From positions 4,511-68,510 of the forward strand of contig JAVXBD010000001.1 of assembly GCA_036660175.1 (NCBI GenBank): a stretch of 64,000 nucleotides of DNA, in the 5' to 3' direction. The translations under genes were made by a program, and so were the position numbers. The notes under the pieces are model-generated. The model was not told the DNA's origin. It did not search any database and was given only the letters and a program-made list of their open reading frames with translations. Positions 18,068 to 27,002 of the stretch are shown here, piece after piece (within the stretch, counting starts at the first letter, position 1; the number at the start of each line of letters is the position of its first letter). The stretch comes from Christensenellaceae bacterium (GTDB taxonomy: Bacteria; Bacillota; Clostridia; Christensenellales; Christensenellaceae).

Positions 18068-19883
18068 AATTAACTTGCTTGACGAAACAGTTTATGCACG
18101 GATTGCCGCAGGGGAAGTTGTCGGTAATCCTGCTGCTGTTGTAAAAGAATTGATAGAAAACGCAATAGATGCAAATGCAACGGCTATCACTGTTGAAATT
18201 TTGCAGGGCGGCAAAGAGCTGATTCGTGTAACAGACAACGGATTGGGTATTCATCCTGATGATGTTTTATTGACAATACAAAAACATGCTACCAGCAAGC
18301 TATCAAAACTTGAAGATTTATCTGAAATTGCAACACTTGGTTTTCGTGGTGAAGCATTATGCAGTATAGCGGCAGTATCACGTCTGTGCATCAGTACACG
18401 TATGCATGGAAGCATAGAAGGTGCAGTGCTTACCGCAAGCGGGCAGAGCGAGCCTCTGGTTGTTCCAGCAGGTCTTGCAGAGGGAACAACTGTTAAAGTT
18501 GAAGATTTATTTTATAATATTCCTGCTCGTCGCAAATTCTTAAAAAATACGACGCAGGAGGCAGTTCAAGTTACAAGCATTGTTTCAAAATTGCTGCTTG
18601 CAAATCCACAGATTTCTATAAAATATATTAATAATGGAAAAACGATGTTTCAAAGTCCTGGAAATAATCAACTAAAAGACAGTATTCTAACGATTTATGG
18701 TGTTGGAATTGCCAATAAAATTAGAGAAGTTTCCTATAACAATAATGAAATAAGAATCGACGGCTATATTTCAGAACCTGCTTTTTTATATAAGAGTACC
18801 AATCACATGAATATTTATTTGAATGGTCGGTATATCAAATCAAAAAGCTTGCAAGATTCGGTGATACATGGATATGGGGAGCGTCTTTTGCGTGGACATT
18901 ATCCGTTTGCAGTCCTCAATATTGGTGTGGCTTACAACAAAACAGATGTCAATATTCACCCAAATAAACTGCAAGTGATGATTGATGATGAGATTGATGT
19001 GATAGATGCGGTAGAAAGTGCTGTGAAATTGACGCTAAGTAAAAATACTCCGCCAGAAATCATTTTAAGCACCGATCAGCCGTTTTTTTCTCAAGAGAAT
19101 CATCAAAGTGAAGAAGACTCAGAGATCTCGTTCCCTGATTTTAAGTCGGCAGACAGATTGTATAAGCCTACCGTCAGCAAAGCAAATCAAGCGGCACAGA
19201 GTGCAAATTTTTTGATGGATTATCCAAAATACGATGAAGTACAGGATTTTGACAAGTTGATTGACAGCGTGATTGCATATGGCGCAAAAAAAGAAGAACA
19301 GCAAATCATTGAAGATGTCAGGACACTTACAGATTTTCGCATCATAGGTCAGGCATGGAACAGCTTTTTGATTGTAGAAAGCGGAGAAAATTTATATTTG
19401 ATTGACCAACACGCCGCACATGAACGCATTAATTTTGAGCGCATGAAACAGAACGGTGTAGATAAGCAGTTACTGCTAATCCCGTATATCGCTACGTTTA
19501 CACATGCCGATTTTGAACTATTGAAAACCAATCACAAAAAGCTTCAGGAGTTGGGTTTTGAATATGATGAGTTTGGGCCGCTGACGTATAAATTTGATGC
19601 TTTGCCTGTACAGATTGAAAAATCAAACGAAGCAACGATGATTGATGAAATTTTAAATGAACTTCGAAACTCACCAAAAGAACCGCTTGTGCTTCGTGAT
19701 AAAATCATTCGTGCTGCATGCAGATACAGCATCAAAGCAGGTTATCAGCTGTCAGATGAGCAGATTTTAGAGTTGATTACTGAAATTACAAAGCTCAATG
19801 CTATTCCGACGTGTCCACATGGCAGACCAATTGCGGTTGTATTAACAAAAACGGATTTAGAAAAAGGATTTAAAAGAAAATGA
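18057..19883 (+). CDS. mutL: DNA mismatch repair protein MutL
   Basis: GHKL ATPase N-terminus (IAAGEVV ... VKELIENAIDA ... DNGLGI) and C-terminal dimerisation/endonuclease region (DQHAAHERI). It overlaps the mutS stop. Confidence 0.97.
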   Translation: MMNRINLLDETVYARIAAGEVVGNPAAVVKELIENAIDANATAITVEILQGGKELIRVTDNGLGIHPDDVLLTIQKHATSKLSKLEDLSEIATLGFRGEALCSIAAVSRLCISTRMHGSIEGAVLTASGQSEPLVVPAGLAEGTTVKVEDLFYNIPARRKFLKNTTQEAVQVTSIVSKLLLANPQISIKYINNGKTMFQSPGNNQLKDSILTIYGVGIANKIREVSYNNNEIRIDGYISEPAFLYKSTNHMNIYLNGRYIKSKSLQDSVIHGYGERLLRGHYPFAVLNIGVAYNKTDVNIHPNKLQVMIDDEIDVIDAVESAVKLTLSKNTPPEIILSTDQPFFSQENHQSEEDSEISFPDFKSADRLYKPTVSKANQAAQSANFLMDYPKYDEVQDFDKLIDSVIAYGAKKEEQQIIEDVRTLTDFRIIGQAWNSFLIVESGENLYLIDQHAAHERINFERMKQNGVDKQLLLIPYIATFTHADFELLKTNHKKLQELGFEYDEFGPLTYKFDALPVQIEKSNEATMIDEILNELRNSPKEPLVLRDKIIRAACRYSIKAGYQLSDEQILELITEITKLNAIPTCPHGRPIAVVLTKTDLEKGFKRK

Positions 19884-20773
19884 TGAAACAAAAAGTATAT
19901 GTGATTGTTGGGCCTACTGCATCAGGCAAAACAGCGGCAGCAATCGAGCTTGCAAAGCTTATAAATGGCGAGATTATTTCTGCGGATTCCATGCAGATTT
20001 ATAAAAAAATGAATATTGGTACAGCAAAACCAACCTTAAAAGAAATGCAGGGGATTGTGCATCACATGATTGATATTGTTGAACCTGATGATGATTTTAG
20101 TGTTGCAATGTTTCAAAAAATGGCAAAAGAGTGCATTAAAGAAATTTTTCTGCGTGGCAAAACGCCAATCGTTGTAGGCGGCACGGGGTTATATATTAAT
20201 TCAATCACTTATTTACTTGATTTTACAAAAACAGTTCACGATGAAGTATTGCGTGAAAAATTAAATAAAATGGACAATATTCAATTACACCAACTGTTAA
20301 AAAATGCAGATGAGCAATCAGCACAGCGTATCCATCAAAACGATAAGAAAAGAGTCATTCGGCGGTTGGAAATATTACAAAGTGGTAAAACAGATAGCTA
20401 TGATTTTGATGTGCCAAATACTGAACATCAGTTCATTATAAGCGGTTTGAGTACCGATCGAAAGCTTCTTTATGAAAGAATCAATCAGCGTGTTGACGAT
20501 ATGGTTCAAAACGGTTTGATTGACGAGGCAAAATGCGTTTATAATCAATATGGTGGTAAGATTACTTCTATGCAGGCAATTGGTTATAAAGAAATTGTTG
20601 GCTTTTTTGAAGATAAAATTTCGCAAGAAGAATGTATCGAGCTTATTCGCCGCAATACCAGAAGATTTGCGAAAAGGCAGTTGACGTGGTTTTGCCGTGA
20701 TGAACGTATCAATTGGATAAATACAACAGAATTTTCAAATATGAAAGAACTTGCACAAAGCATGATAAAGTAA
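19880..20773 (+). CDS. miaA: tRNA dimethylallyltransferase
   Basis: P-loop GPTASGKT, then the SADSMQIYKKMNIGTAKP block. 4-nt overlap with mutL. Confidence 0.95.
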   Translation: MMKQKVYVIVGPTASGKTAAAIELAKLINGEIISADSMQIYKKMNIGTAKPTLKEMQGIVHHMIDIVEPDDDFSVAMFQKMAKECIKEIFLRGKTPIVVGGTGLYINSITYLLDFTKTVHDEVLREKLNKMDNIQLHQLLKNADEQSAQRIHQNDKKRVIRRLEILQSGKTDSYDFDVPNTEHQFIISGLSTDRKLLYERINQRVDDMVQNGLIDEAKCVYNQYGGKITSMQAIGYKEIVGFFEDKISQEECIELIRRNTRRFAKRQLTWFCRDERINWINTTEFSNMKELAQSMIK

Positions 20774-20785
20774 AGGAATTGTTTT

Positions 20786-22051
20786 ATGGATTTAAAGAAA
20801 TATATTGCCGATAATTTTAAAATTAAACCAGAGATTATTGATTTTGTTTTTGACTGTGAAAAAGAAGTAGAATCTGTTTTTGAGAGCTTTAAAATGACAG
20901 CTCAAGCCAATCAATTTAAAGTGATTGATGCATTCAAAAACAACAATGTTGCTTCACGGCATTTTTATGCTTCCACAGGTTATGGATATGATGACGAGGG
21001 CAGGGAACGGCTGTATCGTGTTTTTGCAGACTCATTTGGAGCAGAGCAAGCAATTGTTTCGCCTTTACTTATGAGCGGCACACATGCTATTTCTACCGCA
21101 TTATTTGGACTTCTGCGTCCGAATGATACGTTGTTTTCGCTGACGGGGAAGCCCTACGATACACTATTATCTACTTTGTATGGTGCTTCAGGTTCCTTAG
21201 AAGAATACAATATTCATTATCAAGATTTGCCATTGTTAGAAAACGGAAAAATTGATATAGAAAATGCACTTAATTTAATTGATGCCAGTGTAAAGGTTGT
21301 CTACATTCAGCGCTCTACAGGTTATGAAATCAGGCCTGCCTATACGACGCAATATCTAAGAACGGTCATAGATCAAGTAAAAAAACAGTTTCCAGAAATC
21401 ATTGTGATGGTTGATAATTGTTATGGTGAATTTGTTTGCATAGATGAACCTACGCAATGTGGGGCAAATGTGATTGCAGGTTCCTTGATTAAGAATGCAG
21501 GTGGGGGAATTGCACCCACAGGAGGGTATATAGCAGGGGATACGGATTTAATAGAGCAAATTTCAGCAAGGTTTTCTTGCCCAGGAATTGGCACGGAAAT
21601 TGGTTCCTATGCTTTTGGTTATCAGCAGTATTTTCAAGGCTTATTTATGGCTCCGCATACCGTTTCGCAGGCCTTGATGGGTGTTGCACTTGCTGCACGT
21701 GTTTTTGAGCAGTTAGGGTATGCGACACAGCCCGCATATAATGCTGTCAGAGGTGATATAACCCAATCCATCATATTTGGCAATGAGAATCTGCTTACTG
21801 ATTTTATTCGTGGTATACAGCGTGCCTCTGCGGTTGACGGCAATGTTGTTCCATATGCTTGGGATATGCCTGGATATGCTGATAAAGTGATTATGGCGGC
21901 AGGAACGTTTGTACAGGGTGCTTCCATAGAGCTAACCGCTGATGCGCCAATCCGAGAGCCATATGCTGCCTATTTGCAGGGAGCTTTAACATACGAACAT
22001 GCAAAGCTTGGCATCTTATATGCACTGGATGAAATGAAGGTAAAATTATGA
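20786..22051 (+). CDS. PLP-dependent methionine-gamma-lyase-family protein ('aluminium resistance' / YnbB-like)
   Basis: Characteristic STGYGYDDEGRERL ... FGAEQAIVSPLLMSGTHAIS block as in B. subtilis YnbB. 421 aa. Confidence 0.75.
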   Translation: MDLKKYIADNFKIKPEIIDFVFDCEKEVESVFESFKMTAQANQFKVIDAFKNNNVASRHFYASTGYGYDDEGRERLYRVFADSFGAEQAIVSPLLMSGTHAISTALFGLLRPNDTLFSLTGKPYDTLLSTLYGASGSLEEYNIHYQDLPLLENGKIDIENALNLIDASVKVVYIQRSTGYEIRPAYTTQYLRTVIDQVKKQFPEIIVMVDNCYGEFVCIDEPTQCGANVIAGSLIKNAGGGIAPTGGYIAGDTDLIEQISARFSCPGIGTEIGSYAFGYQQYFQGLFMAPHTVSQALMGVALAARVFEQLGYATQPAYNAVRGDITQSIIFGNENLLTDFIRGIQRASAVDGNVVPYAWDMPGYADKVIMAAGTFVQGASIELTADAPIREPYAAYLQGALTYEHAKLGILYALDEMKVKL

Positions 22052-22605
22052 GCAAAAAAGGCGATTTGTTGACGCTTTTTATAACATTTCTTAAAATTGG
22101 AGCTTTTACGTTTGGTGGGGGATATGCAATGATTCCGTTTATCCAGCGTGAGGCAGTGGAAAACCATAAATGGATTAACGAAGAAGATGTGTTGGATATT
22201 GTTGCAATTGCAGAAACCACACCAGGCGTGATTGCAGTCAATTCTGCAACTTTTATTGGATATAAGGTGGCAGGCTTTTGGGGTGCAGTACTTGCAACCA
22301 TTGGTGTTGTGTTGCCTTCCTTTGTGATTATTTGTGTAATAGCGGCTTTTTTGATTCCGTTTATGTCAAACAAATGGGTTGCGCTTGCTTTTCGTGGCAT
22401 TCGAATTGGTGTGATTGTACTTATGGTTGGCGCAATTTTAAAACTAATAAAACAAAACAAACTCAATGCTTTTTTCTTTATCATTCTGGTTCTTTCGTTT
22501 GTGACGGCATCATTTACAAGCATCAATGTATTGTTTGTGCTACTCGGCGCACTGGTTGTGGGAATTGTGTATTCTTTACTGATGCGCAGAGGTAAAAAGG
22601 CATGA
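22048..22605 (+). CDS. chrA: Chromate-ion-transporter (CHR) family short-chain protein, first half-transporter
   Basis: 185-aa hydrophobic ORF with the CHR signature FGGGYAMIPFIQRE. It overlaps the previous stop. Confidence 0.8.
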   Translation: MSKKGDLLTLFITFLKIGAFTFGGGYAMIPFIQREAVENHKWINEEDVLDIVAIAETTPGVIAVNSATFIGYKVAGFWGAVLATIGVVLPSFVIICVIAAFLIPFMSNKWVALAFRGIRIGVIVLMVGAILKLIKQNKLNAFFFIILVLSFVTASFTSINVLFVLLGALVVGIVYSLLMRRGKKA

Positions 22606-23141
22606 TAATATGGCAGATGTTTTCTACATTTTTTATGATTGGATCATTCACAATTGGCGGCGGATATGCCATGATTCCGCTCATCACACAAGAAGTCAGC
22701 AAGTGGATTGATTTAACAATGCTGTCAAACTTCATAGGTATTTCTGAATCTACACCTGGACCGTTTGCCGTTAATATTGCAACGTTTATTGGTTTTGAAA
22801 CATCGGGAATCTGGGGGGCATTTTTTGCAACACTGGGTGTTGTACTGCCATCATTTATTATTATTTTAGTTATATCAAAATACTATGAAAAATTCAAAAA
22901 TAATTTTTATGTAGTTTCTGCGTTTGTAGGGCTTCGTCCAGCGGTAATAGGGCTCATTGCTTCCGCTGTTTTTATGTTGGTTGAAGTGAATTTAATTGTC
23001 GGAAGTAGACTTGATCTATGGTCGGTCGTAATACTTGCTATTTTGTTGTTTGTTCGATTCAAATTCAAGAAATTACACCCGATTTTTATTATTTTAATCT
23101 CAGCATTCTTAGGCATTCTGTTTTTCGGTCTTTTTTCATAA
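22602..23141 (+). CDS. chrA: Chromate-ion-transporter (CHR) family short-chain protein, second half-transporter
   Basis: 179-aa hydrophobic ORF with the matching signature IGGGYAMIPLITQE. 4-nt overlap with the first half. Confidence 0.8.
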   Translation: MIIWQMFSTFFMIGSFTIGGGYAMIPLITQEVSKWIDLTMLSNFIGISESTPGPFAVNIATFIGFETSGIWGAFFATLGVVLPSFIIILVISKYYEKFKNNFYVVSAFVGLRPAVIGLIASAVFMLVEVNLIVGSRLDLWSVVILAILLFVRFKFKKLHPIFIILISAFLGILFFGLFS

Positions 23142-23147
23142 ACTATA

Positions 23148-24194
23148 TTATTCTCGTAATTTTATTTTTTTTGCTGCTTTTTTGCGGTTATCCTCAGACA
23201 TTGCTGCATAGTGCTTACGAGTTGTATTAATATCTTTATGCCCTAAAACATCTGCAACCAAATATATATCTCCAGTTTCTTCATATAACATTGTTCCATA
23301 TGTACTGCGTAATTTATGCGGGGAAATATTTTTGAGCGGACTGATTAACTGTGTATATTTCTTAACAAGCATCTCCACCGAGCGTACAGAAATACGTTTT
23401 CCCTGCATAGATAGAAATAGAGGGGCATCCGCAGCATAGGTGTTTTGGCTCTTTCGTTGCTCTAAATATTCACAAAGAGCTTTGGCTGTTTCCTCGTCAA
23501 AGTAAAGTATCACTTGATTGCCGCCTTTTCGCACAACTGTAAACATATTAGAATCAAAATCAATATCACGTATATTAATGGATACAAGTTCTGAAACACG
23601 TATGCCTGTCGTCAAAAACAGTGTAAAGATCGCCATATCTCGCATAACATTTTTTTTATGATAATTCAATTGCTGTTTTGTCAACTTATCGCCGCTCTCA
23701 ACAGTATCCATCAAGTTTGCAACTTCATTTGCATCAAGGCGTACAATTGCCTTATCATGAAGTTTTGGTGTATCTAAAAGCTCACAAATGTTCTTTTCGA
23801 GCATTTCTTTTTTATAATAGTGCTTAAAAAAAGACCGTAAGCAAGCAATTTTTCTCGCCTTTCCATGTTCGTGATTTTCTATAAAATCTTCATTTTTATT
23901 TACATAGAGATTTAGATAGTCTAAATATCGATATAAATCATCTACAGTAATCTGTTTTAAATCCTCCACTGATATTTTTGTAATATCCATGCCACAGAAG
24001 TGGGGGACTTCACTTACAAGAAAATGAAAAAAAATGCGTAAATCTGCAGCATAATTCACACGTGTTAAAATGGTTGTAGTGTTTTCCATTGCAATAAAAA
24101 AACTCTGCGTAAACGATGGCAGCTCACGAACCATTTCACGTAGTTTCAATGTCTTTTTAACGTTTAATTCTTTATGATAATTAATTTCACTCAT
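23148..24194 (-). CDS. Tyrosine site-specific recombinase (XerC/XerD/XerS-like integrase family)
   Basis: Catalytic region GIRVSEL (Arg I) ... SPHKLRSTYGT (H-x-x-R) ... LGHKDINTTRKHYA (His/Tyr). I chose the start at MSEINYH (GAGGGA ribosome-binding site) rather than the ORF-track start at 24218. Confidence 0.85.
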   Translation of the reverse strand: MSEINYHKELNVKKTLKLREMVRELPSFTQSFFIAMENTTTILTRVNYAADLRIFFHFLVSEVPHFCGMDITKISVEDLKQITVDDLYRYLDYLNLYVNKNEDFIENHEHGKARKIACLRSFFKHYYKKEMLEKNICELLDTPKLHDKAIVRLDANEVANLMDTVESGDKLTKQQLNYHKKNVMRDMAIFTLFLTTGIRVSELVSINIRDIDFDSNMFTVVRKGGNQVILYFDEETAKALCEYLEQRKSQNTYAADAPLFLSMQGKRISVRSVEMLVKKYTQLISPLKNISPHKLRSTYGTMLYEETGDIYLVADVLGHKDINTTRKHYAAMSEDNRKKAAKKIKLRE

Positions 24195-24238
24195 TGTAAA
24201 ATCCCTCAAAAAACGCATTTTAACGCTTATTTGTATGT

Positions 24239-24267
24239 ATTATAACACAAACCCCTTTTCATATCAA
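24239..24267 (-). promoter_or_regulatory. Near-consensus sigma-A promoter of the recombinase gene
   Basis: The minus strand reads TTGATA (RC of 24262-24267), a 17-nt spacer, then TATAAT (RC of 24239-24244) with an upstream TGn extension. Confidence 0.6.
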
Positions 24268-24268
24268 T

Positions 24269-24302
24269 AACTATGCGCAAAACTTGTGTTTTGCGCATAG
24301 TT
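24269..24302. repeat. Perfect 34-bp palindrome (15-bp arms, 4-nt centre) abutting the -35 of the recombinase promoter
   Basis: aactatgcgcaaaac ttgt gttttgcgcatagtt. The arms are exact reverse complements. Confidence 0.9.
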
Positions 24303-24367
24303 GCAAGTTTATAAGAAAGGAGATGGTGTTTACTCATCTCCTCAAAATTCCTAATAAAAGTTGTTTT

Positions 24368-25306
24368 TTATGGCATTATGTTTCCGGCTGCTGCATATAT
24401 CTCATACCATTCATCACGTGTTAGTTCTATGTTACTGCCGCTACAAATTTCATTTAATCTGCTTGCTTTTGTTGTTCCAGTGACAACTTGCATTTTTACT
24501 GGCAGCCGTAAAATCCAAGCCGTTGCAATGGCTGTATCGGTCACAGAATACTTTTCTGCAATTCTATCTAACAACTGATTTAATTCTGGAAATTTATCAT
24601 TGTTCATGAATGTTCCCTCAAACATTCCATATTGGTAAGGAGACCATGCTTGTATTGCCATGTCATTTAAACGTGCATACTCCATTACCCCACCATCGTG
24701 CAAAATTGATTGCTCATTTTTCATGTTTACATAGATGCCACTGTCAATCATTCCTGTGTGCATAATGCTAAACTGCATTTGATTGACAATTAACTCTTGT
24801 TTTATATATTTTTTAATGAAATCTGTTTGCCACGGATTTTGGTTGCTTACACCAAAACTTTTCACTTTTCCGCTGTCATATAAGGTGTCAAAAGCCTCGG
24901 CAACCTCTTCAGGAATCATCAATGGATCATAACGATGCAGCAGAAGCGTGTCGATATAGTCTGTATTCAGCCGTTTTAGGCTACCTTCTACTGCGTCCAT
25001 AATATGCTTTTTTGACCAGTCATGTGTTGTAAAGTATCTGTTTTTTTCATTGCTGATTCCGCATTTTGTTTGAATCATATAATCTTCTCTTTTTAGCTTT
25101 AGATTTGAGATGGCTGTTGCCATCAATTCTTCACAAGTTCCATATCCGCCGTAAATATCAGCATTATCAAAATGATTTGCACCATTTTGCATTGCTGTCA
25201 TAATGAGCTTTTCAGTATCTTTCATAGAAATTTCGGTTATACGCAAACAGCCGATCGAAAGTTTTGGAAGTTCTATTTTATTTTTACCAATTGTAAAATA
25301 CTTCAA
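24368..25306 (-). CDS. Aldo/keto reductase family oxidoreductase
   Basis: AKR blocks (FDNADIYGG, LHRYDP, FGVSNQ). TTG start with an AGGAGG ribosome-binding site 8 nt upstream. Confidence 0.85.
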   Translation of the reverse strand: MKYFTIGKNKIELPKLSIGCLRITEISMKDTEKLIMTAMQNGANHFDNADIYGGYGTCEELMATAISNLKLKREDYMIQTKCGISNEKNRYFTTHDWSKKHIMDAVEGSLKRLNTDYIDTLLLHRYDPLMIPEEVAEAFDTLYDSGKVKSFGVSNQNPWQTDFIKKYIKQELIVNQMQFSIMHTGMIDSGIYVNMKNEQSILHDGGVMEYARLNDMAIQAWSPYQYGMFEGTFMNNDKFPELNQLLDRIAEKYSVTDTAIATAWILRLPVKMQVVTGTTKASRLNEICSGSNIELTRDEWYEIYAAAGNIMP

Positions 25307-25307
25307 G

Positions 25308-25769
25308 CTATTTTCCTCCTACGTTCATCACAATTTGTTTTTTTGCAAGTTCATCACATAAATTATTAAATTTATCATTCGAATGTCCTTTTACTTTGTA
25401 CCACTTAACAACATGACCTTTTGATAGATTTACAAGCTGTTTCCATAAATCTTGATTCTCGACTGGCTTTCTTGCAGCGGTTTTCCAACCATTGTTCTGC
25501 CATGAAATAATCCAGCCTTTTTCAAAAGCGTTATGAATATAGGCACTATCCGTATAGACATTTGCTCTGCATCTCTCTTTTAAGGCCATCAAACCACGTA
25601 TTGCCGCCATAAGCTCCATACGGTTATTGGTTGTTTCAGGAAAAAATCCAGAAAACTCTTTTTGATTTCCTTTATAAATCAGCACACATGCCCAGCCACC
25701 AGGCCCAGGATTATTAGAACATGCTCCATCGCAGTAAATACTCACTTCTTTTAACATATTTTCACTCAC
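25308..25769 (-). CDS. rnhA: Ribonuclease HI
   Basis: IYCDGACSNNPGPGGWA ... TNNRMELMA ... TDSAY ... VKGHS catalytic DEDD pattern. The start may instead be the internal ATG at 25757. Confidence 0.9.
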   Translation of the reverse strand: MSENMLKEVSIYCDGACSNNPGPGGWACVLIYKGNQKEFSGFFPETTNNRMELMAAIRGLMALKERCRANVYTDSAYIHNAFEKGWIISWQNNGWKTAARKPVENQDLWKQLVNLSKGHVVKWYKVKGHSNDKFNNLCDELAKKQIVMNVGGK

Positions 25770-26551
25770 TTTGATAATTCTTTTGATTTTTCGACGCAGG
25801 CATCCACTGCTTCCTTGATTATTTCATAAGTATGACGTTTGTTGAATACACTCATTGCTTCTATGGTTGTGCCGCCAGGCGAACATACATTTCTGATAAG
25901 CGTTTCTGGCATTTCCTTTGTTTGTTTAAGCATTGCACAGGCGCCTTCAAACGTTTGAATGGCTAAATTTTGTGCTGTATCTTTGGATAATCCGTTTGCC
26001 TCACCTGCTTTTGCAAGTGCATCAATGAAAAGATATACATATGCAGGGCCGCTTCCTGAAACTCCTGTTACACTATCCATCAATTCCCCACTCACCTGCT
26101 CAATTATGCCAAGCGAAGAAAAAAGTTCTGTAATATAGTCAGATTCATCGGGTCTTAAATCGTTCGGATACTGCATACAGATTGCGCCCTTTGCAACCAT
26201 CAGCGGTGTGTTGGGCATGATGCGTAGAATCCTTGATTTCGGTTTTAAATAGCTTCTTATTTTTTCAACCGTTACCCCTGCTGCAATCGAAATAAATGCT
26301 TTGTTTTCATCTGTAATCTGTGATAAAACCTCTGGAATAACATTTGGCTTGACACATAAGAAAATAATTTGTGATTTTTCGACCAACTCATTAATATTTT
26401 TACATACAGTAATTCCCAGAATATTCCTGCATTTTTTGCTGTCTTTATCATATGCAAATATTTCACCTCTGTTTTGAAGTCTTTGCATGCCATTTATAAT
26501 TGACGATGCCATATTGCCACAGCCTATAAAACCCGTTTTAAAAGTATTCAA
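25766..26551 (-). CDS. proC: Pyrroline-5-carboxylate reductase
   Basis: GFIGCGNMA Rossmann N-terminus and the C-terminal SPGGTT block. TTG start. Confidence 0.9.
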   Translation of the reverse strand: MNTFKTGFIGCGNMASSIINGMQRLQNRGEIFAYDKDSKKCRNILGITVCKNINELVEKSQIIFLCVKPNVIPEVLSQITDENKAFISIAAGVTVEKIRSYLKPKSRILRIMPNTPLMVAKGAICMQYPNDLRPDESDYITELFSSLGIIEQVSGELMDSVTGVSGSGPAYVYLFIDALAKAGEANGLSKDTAQNLAIQTFEGACAMLKQTKEMPETLIRNVCSPGGTTIEAMSVFNKRHTYEIIKEAVDACVEKSKELSK

Positions 26552-26638
26552 TGTGAATATTATCTCCTTTATTTACTTATTTCATTTTATTATAATTGAT
26601 AGTGTTGTTAAAAACAATGTTCATCATGAAGATAATAT

Positions 26639-26671
26639 AAAAAAACGTATACTTAATTTCGTATACGTTTT
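26639..26671 (-). terminator. Rho-independent terminator after tRNA-Trp
   Basis: Stem acgtatac / gtatacgt (26645-26652 / 26661-26668) with an 8-nt loop, followed on the minus strand by a 7-nt T-run. Confidence 0.7.
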
Positions 26672-26680
26672 GTGTGAGAA

Positions 26681-26754
26681 TGGCAGGGGTAGAAGGACTT
26701 GAACCCTCAAGAACGGTTTTGGAGACCGGCATGTTACCATTACATCATACCCCT
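26681..26754 (-). tRNA. tRNA-Trp (CCA)
   Basis: RC reads AGGGGTATGATGTAATGGTAACATGCCGGTCTCCAAAACCGTTCTTGAGGGTTCAAGTCCTTCTACCCCTGCCA. The anticodon loop is CTCCAAA. Confidence 0.95.
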
Positions 26755-26907
26755 ATCAGATTCTGCAACGCTTTATATTATAACTGAAAAACAAAAGACA
26801 GTCAAGAATTTTATCTGGTATACTTCATGATATATACTCTGTTTTTTTATAAAAAACTTATTTTTAAAGAATCATGATAATATGTTCTCATTAATACTTT
26901 ATAATGC

Positions 26908-26936
26908 TTGACAATGGCATTTATTAGGTGTAGAAT
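26908..26936 (+). promoter_or_regulatory. Sigma-A promoter of the SorC-regulator / dehydrogenase-complex operon
   Basis: TTGACA (26908-26913), a 17-nt spacer, then TAGAAT (26931-26936). Confidence 0.55.
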
Positions 26937-26940
26937 AAAA

Positions 26941-26983
26941 TTAAATTTACAATATTAATGCGGTTTTACATTTGTAAATTTAA
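26941..26983 (+). promoter_or_regulatory. Nested inverted repeats in the leader (candidate SorC operator or leader hairpin)
   Basis: TTAAATTTACA (26941-26951) is the exact reverse complement of TGTAAATTTAA (26973-26983). Inside it, TTTACA-TT-TGTAAA (26965-26978) is a second palindrome. It starts about 5 nt after the -10. Confidence 0.45.
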
Positions 26984-27002
26984 ACGAGTAAGGAGCAAGC
27001 AT

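Noticed and set aside
21891-22526. 211-aa minus-strand ORF
   Set aside because: It is entirely antisense to the 3' end of the YnbB-like gene and to the first chrA half, both of which have clear family motifs. It has no ribosome-binding site, and its composition looks like a mirror of a membrane protein's codons.
23148-24218. The tyrosine recombinase as marker of a prophage or integrative element
   Set aside because: There are no phage, conjugation or transposition genes on either side. I found no flanking direct repeats, and the neighbours are ordinary metabolic genes. I kept it only as a lone recombinase with an adjacent palindrome.
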